Assembly (NCBI GenBank): GCA_963666345.1
Contig: OY762721.1
Span: forward strand, 608,001-672,000
DNA length: 64,000 bases
DNA from: Desulfatiglandales bacterium
GTDB taxonomy: Bacteria; Desulfobacterota; DSM-4660; Desulfatiglandales; Desulfatiglandaceae
Direction of reading: 5' to 3'
Shown here piece after piece: positions 63,825 to 64,000 of this stretch; position 1 is the stretch's first letter; the number at the start of each line of letters is the position of its first letter. The notes beneath the pieces were generated by a model. The model did not search any database, was not told the DNA's origin, and was given only the letters and a program-made list of their open reading frames with translations. Made by a program: the position numbers and the translations under genes.

Positions 63825-64000
63825 TTACATCTCATCAAGAATCACCGTAAGGTGACTAGTCCTTTTCCTGATTCTCGTGGCACGTCCCTGAGCCCTCGGG
63901 CGCCATCTTTTAAGGGTCGGCCCCTCGTCCCCGAAAATCCTCTTTATATAAAGGGTGTCCACATCAATTCCCCGATTGTTCTCTGCATTGGCCACTGCGG
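63825..64000 (-). CDS. rplV: 50S ribosomal protein L22, 3' part (truncated by window end)
   Basis: ...[10 protein letters not shown]...[34 protein letters not shown]. Confidence 0.96.
   Translation of the reverse strand, partial: AVANAENNRGIDVDTLYIKRIFGDEGPTLKRWRPRAQGRATRIRKRTSHLTVILDEM

Overview
Core chromosomal window of an anaerobic deltaproteobacterium (Desulfobacterota; Desulfobacterales/Desulfatiglandaceae-like by overall 16S and protein resemblance, which is inference). From left to right it holds: a minus-strand rrn operon (tandem sigma70 promoters, boxA, 16S, tRNA-Ile, tRNA-Ala, 5' part of 23S); a DegT aminotransferase; tolC-ftsE-ftsX-envC-ctpA; a selenium cluster (LysR, selD with an in-frame UGA/selenocysteine and SECIS missed by the ORF track, yedF); small metabolic and regulatory genes interspersed with MITE/REP-like repeats; lysM-dprA-topA; exbB-exbD-ftsB-TPR-core methionine synthase-LEA2; asmA; gpmI; a CoA-disulfide reductase/rhodanese fusion; an approx. 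12 kb type IV pilin locus; pyrB-pyrC; and the alpha, spc and distal S10 ribosomal protein operons. The pilin locus is the most interesting system. pilR and a Cys-free, Ser/Thr-rich pilA sit next to two TMTC-like GT-C+TPR transferases, a third GT-C, a GT2, a flippase-like protein and acyl-modifying enzymes, which suggests a eukaryote-like, lipid-donor protein O-glycosylation pathway for pili. Several candidate cis-regulatory RNAs were also seen (degT leader, yedF leader, pyrB attenuator). No CRISPR array, prophage or intact transposase was found. All structures were folded by eye and no searches were run.
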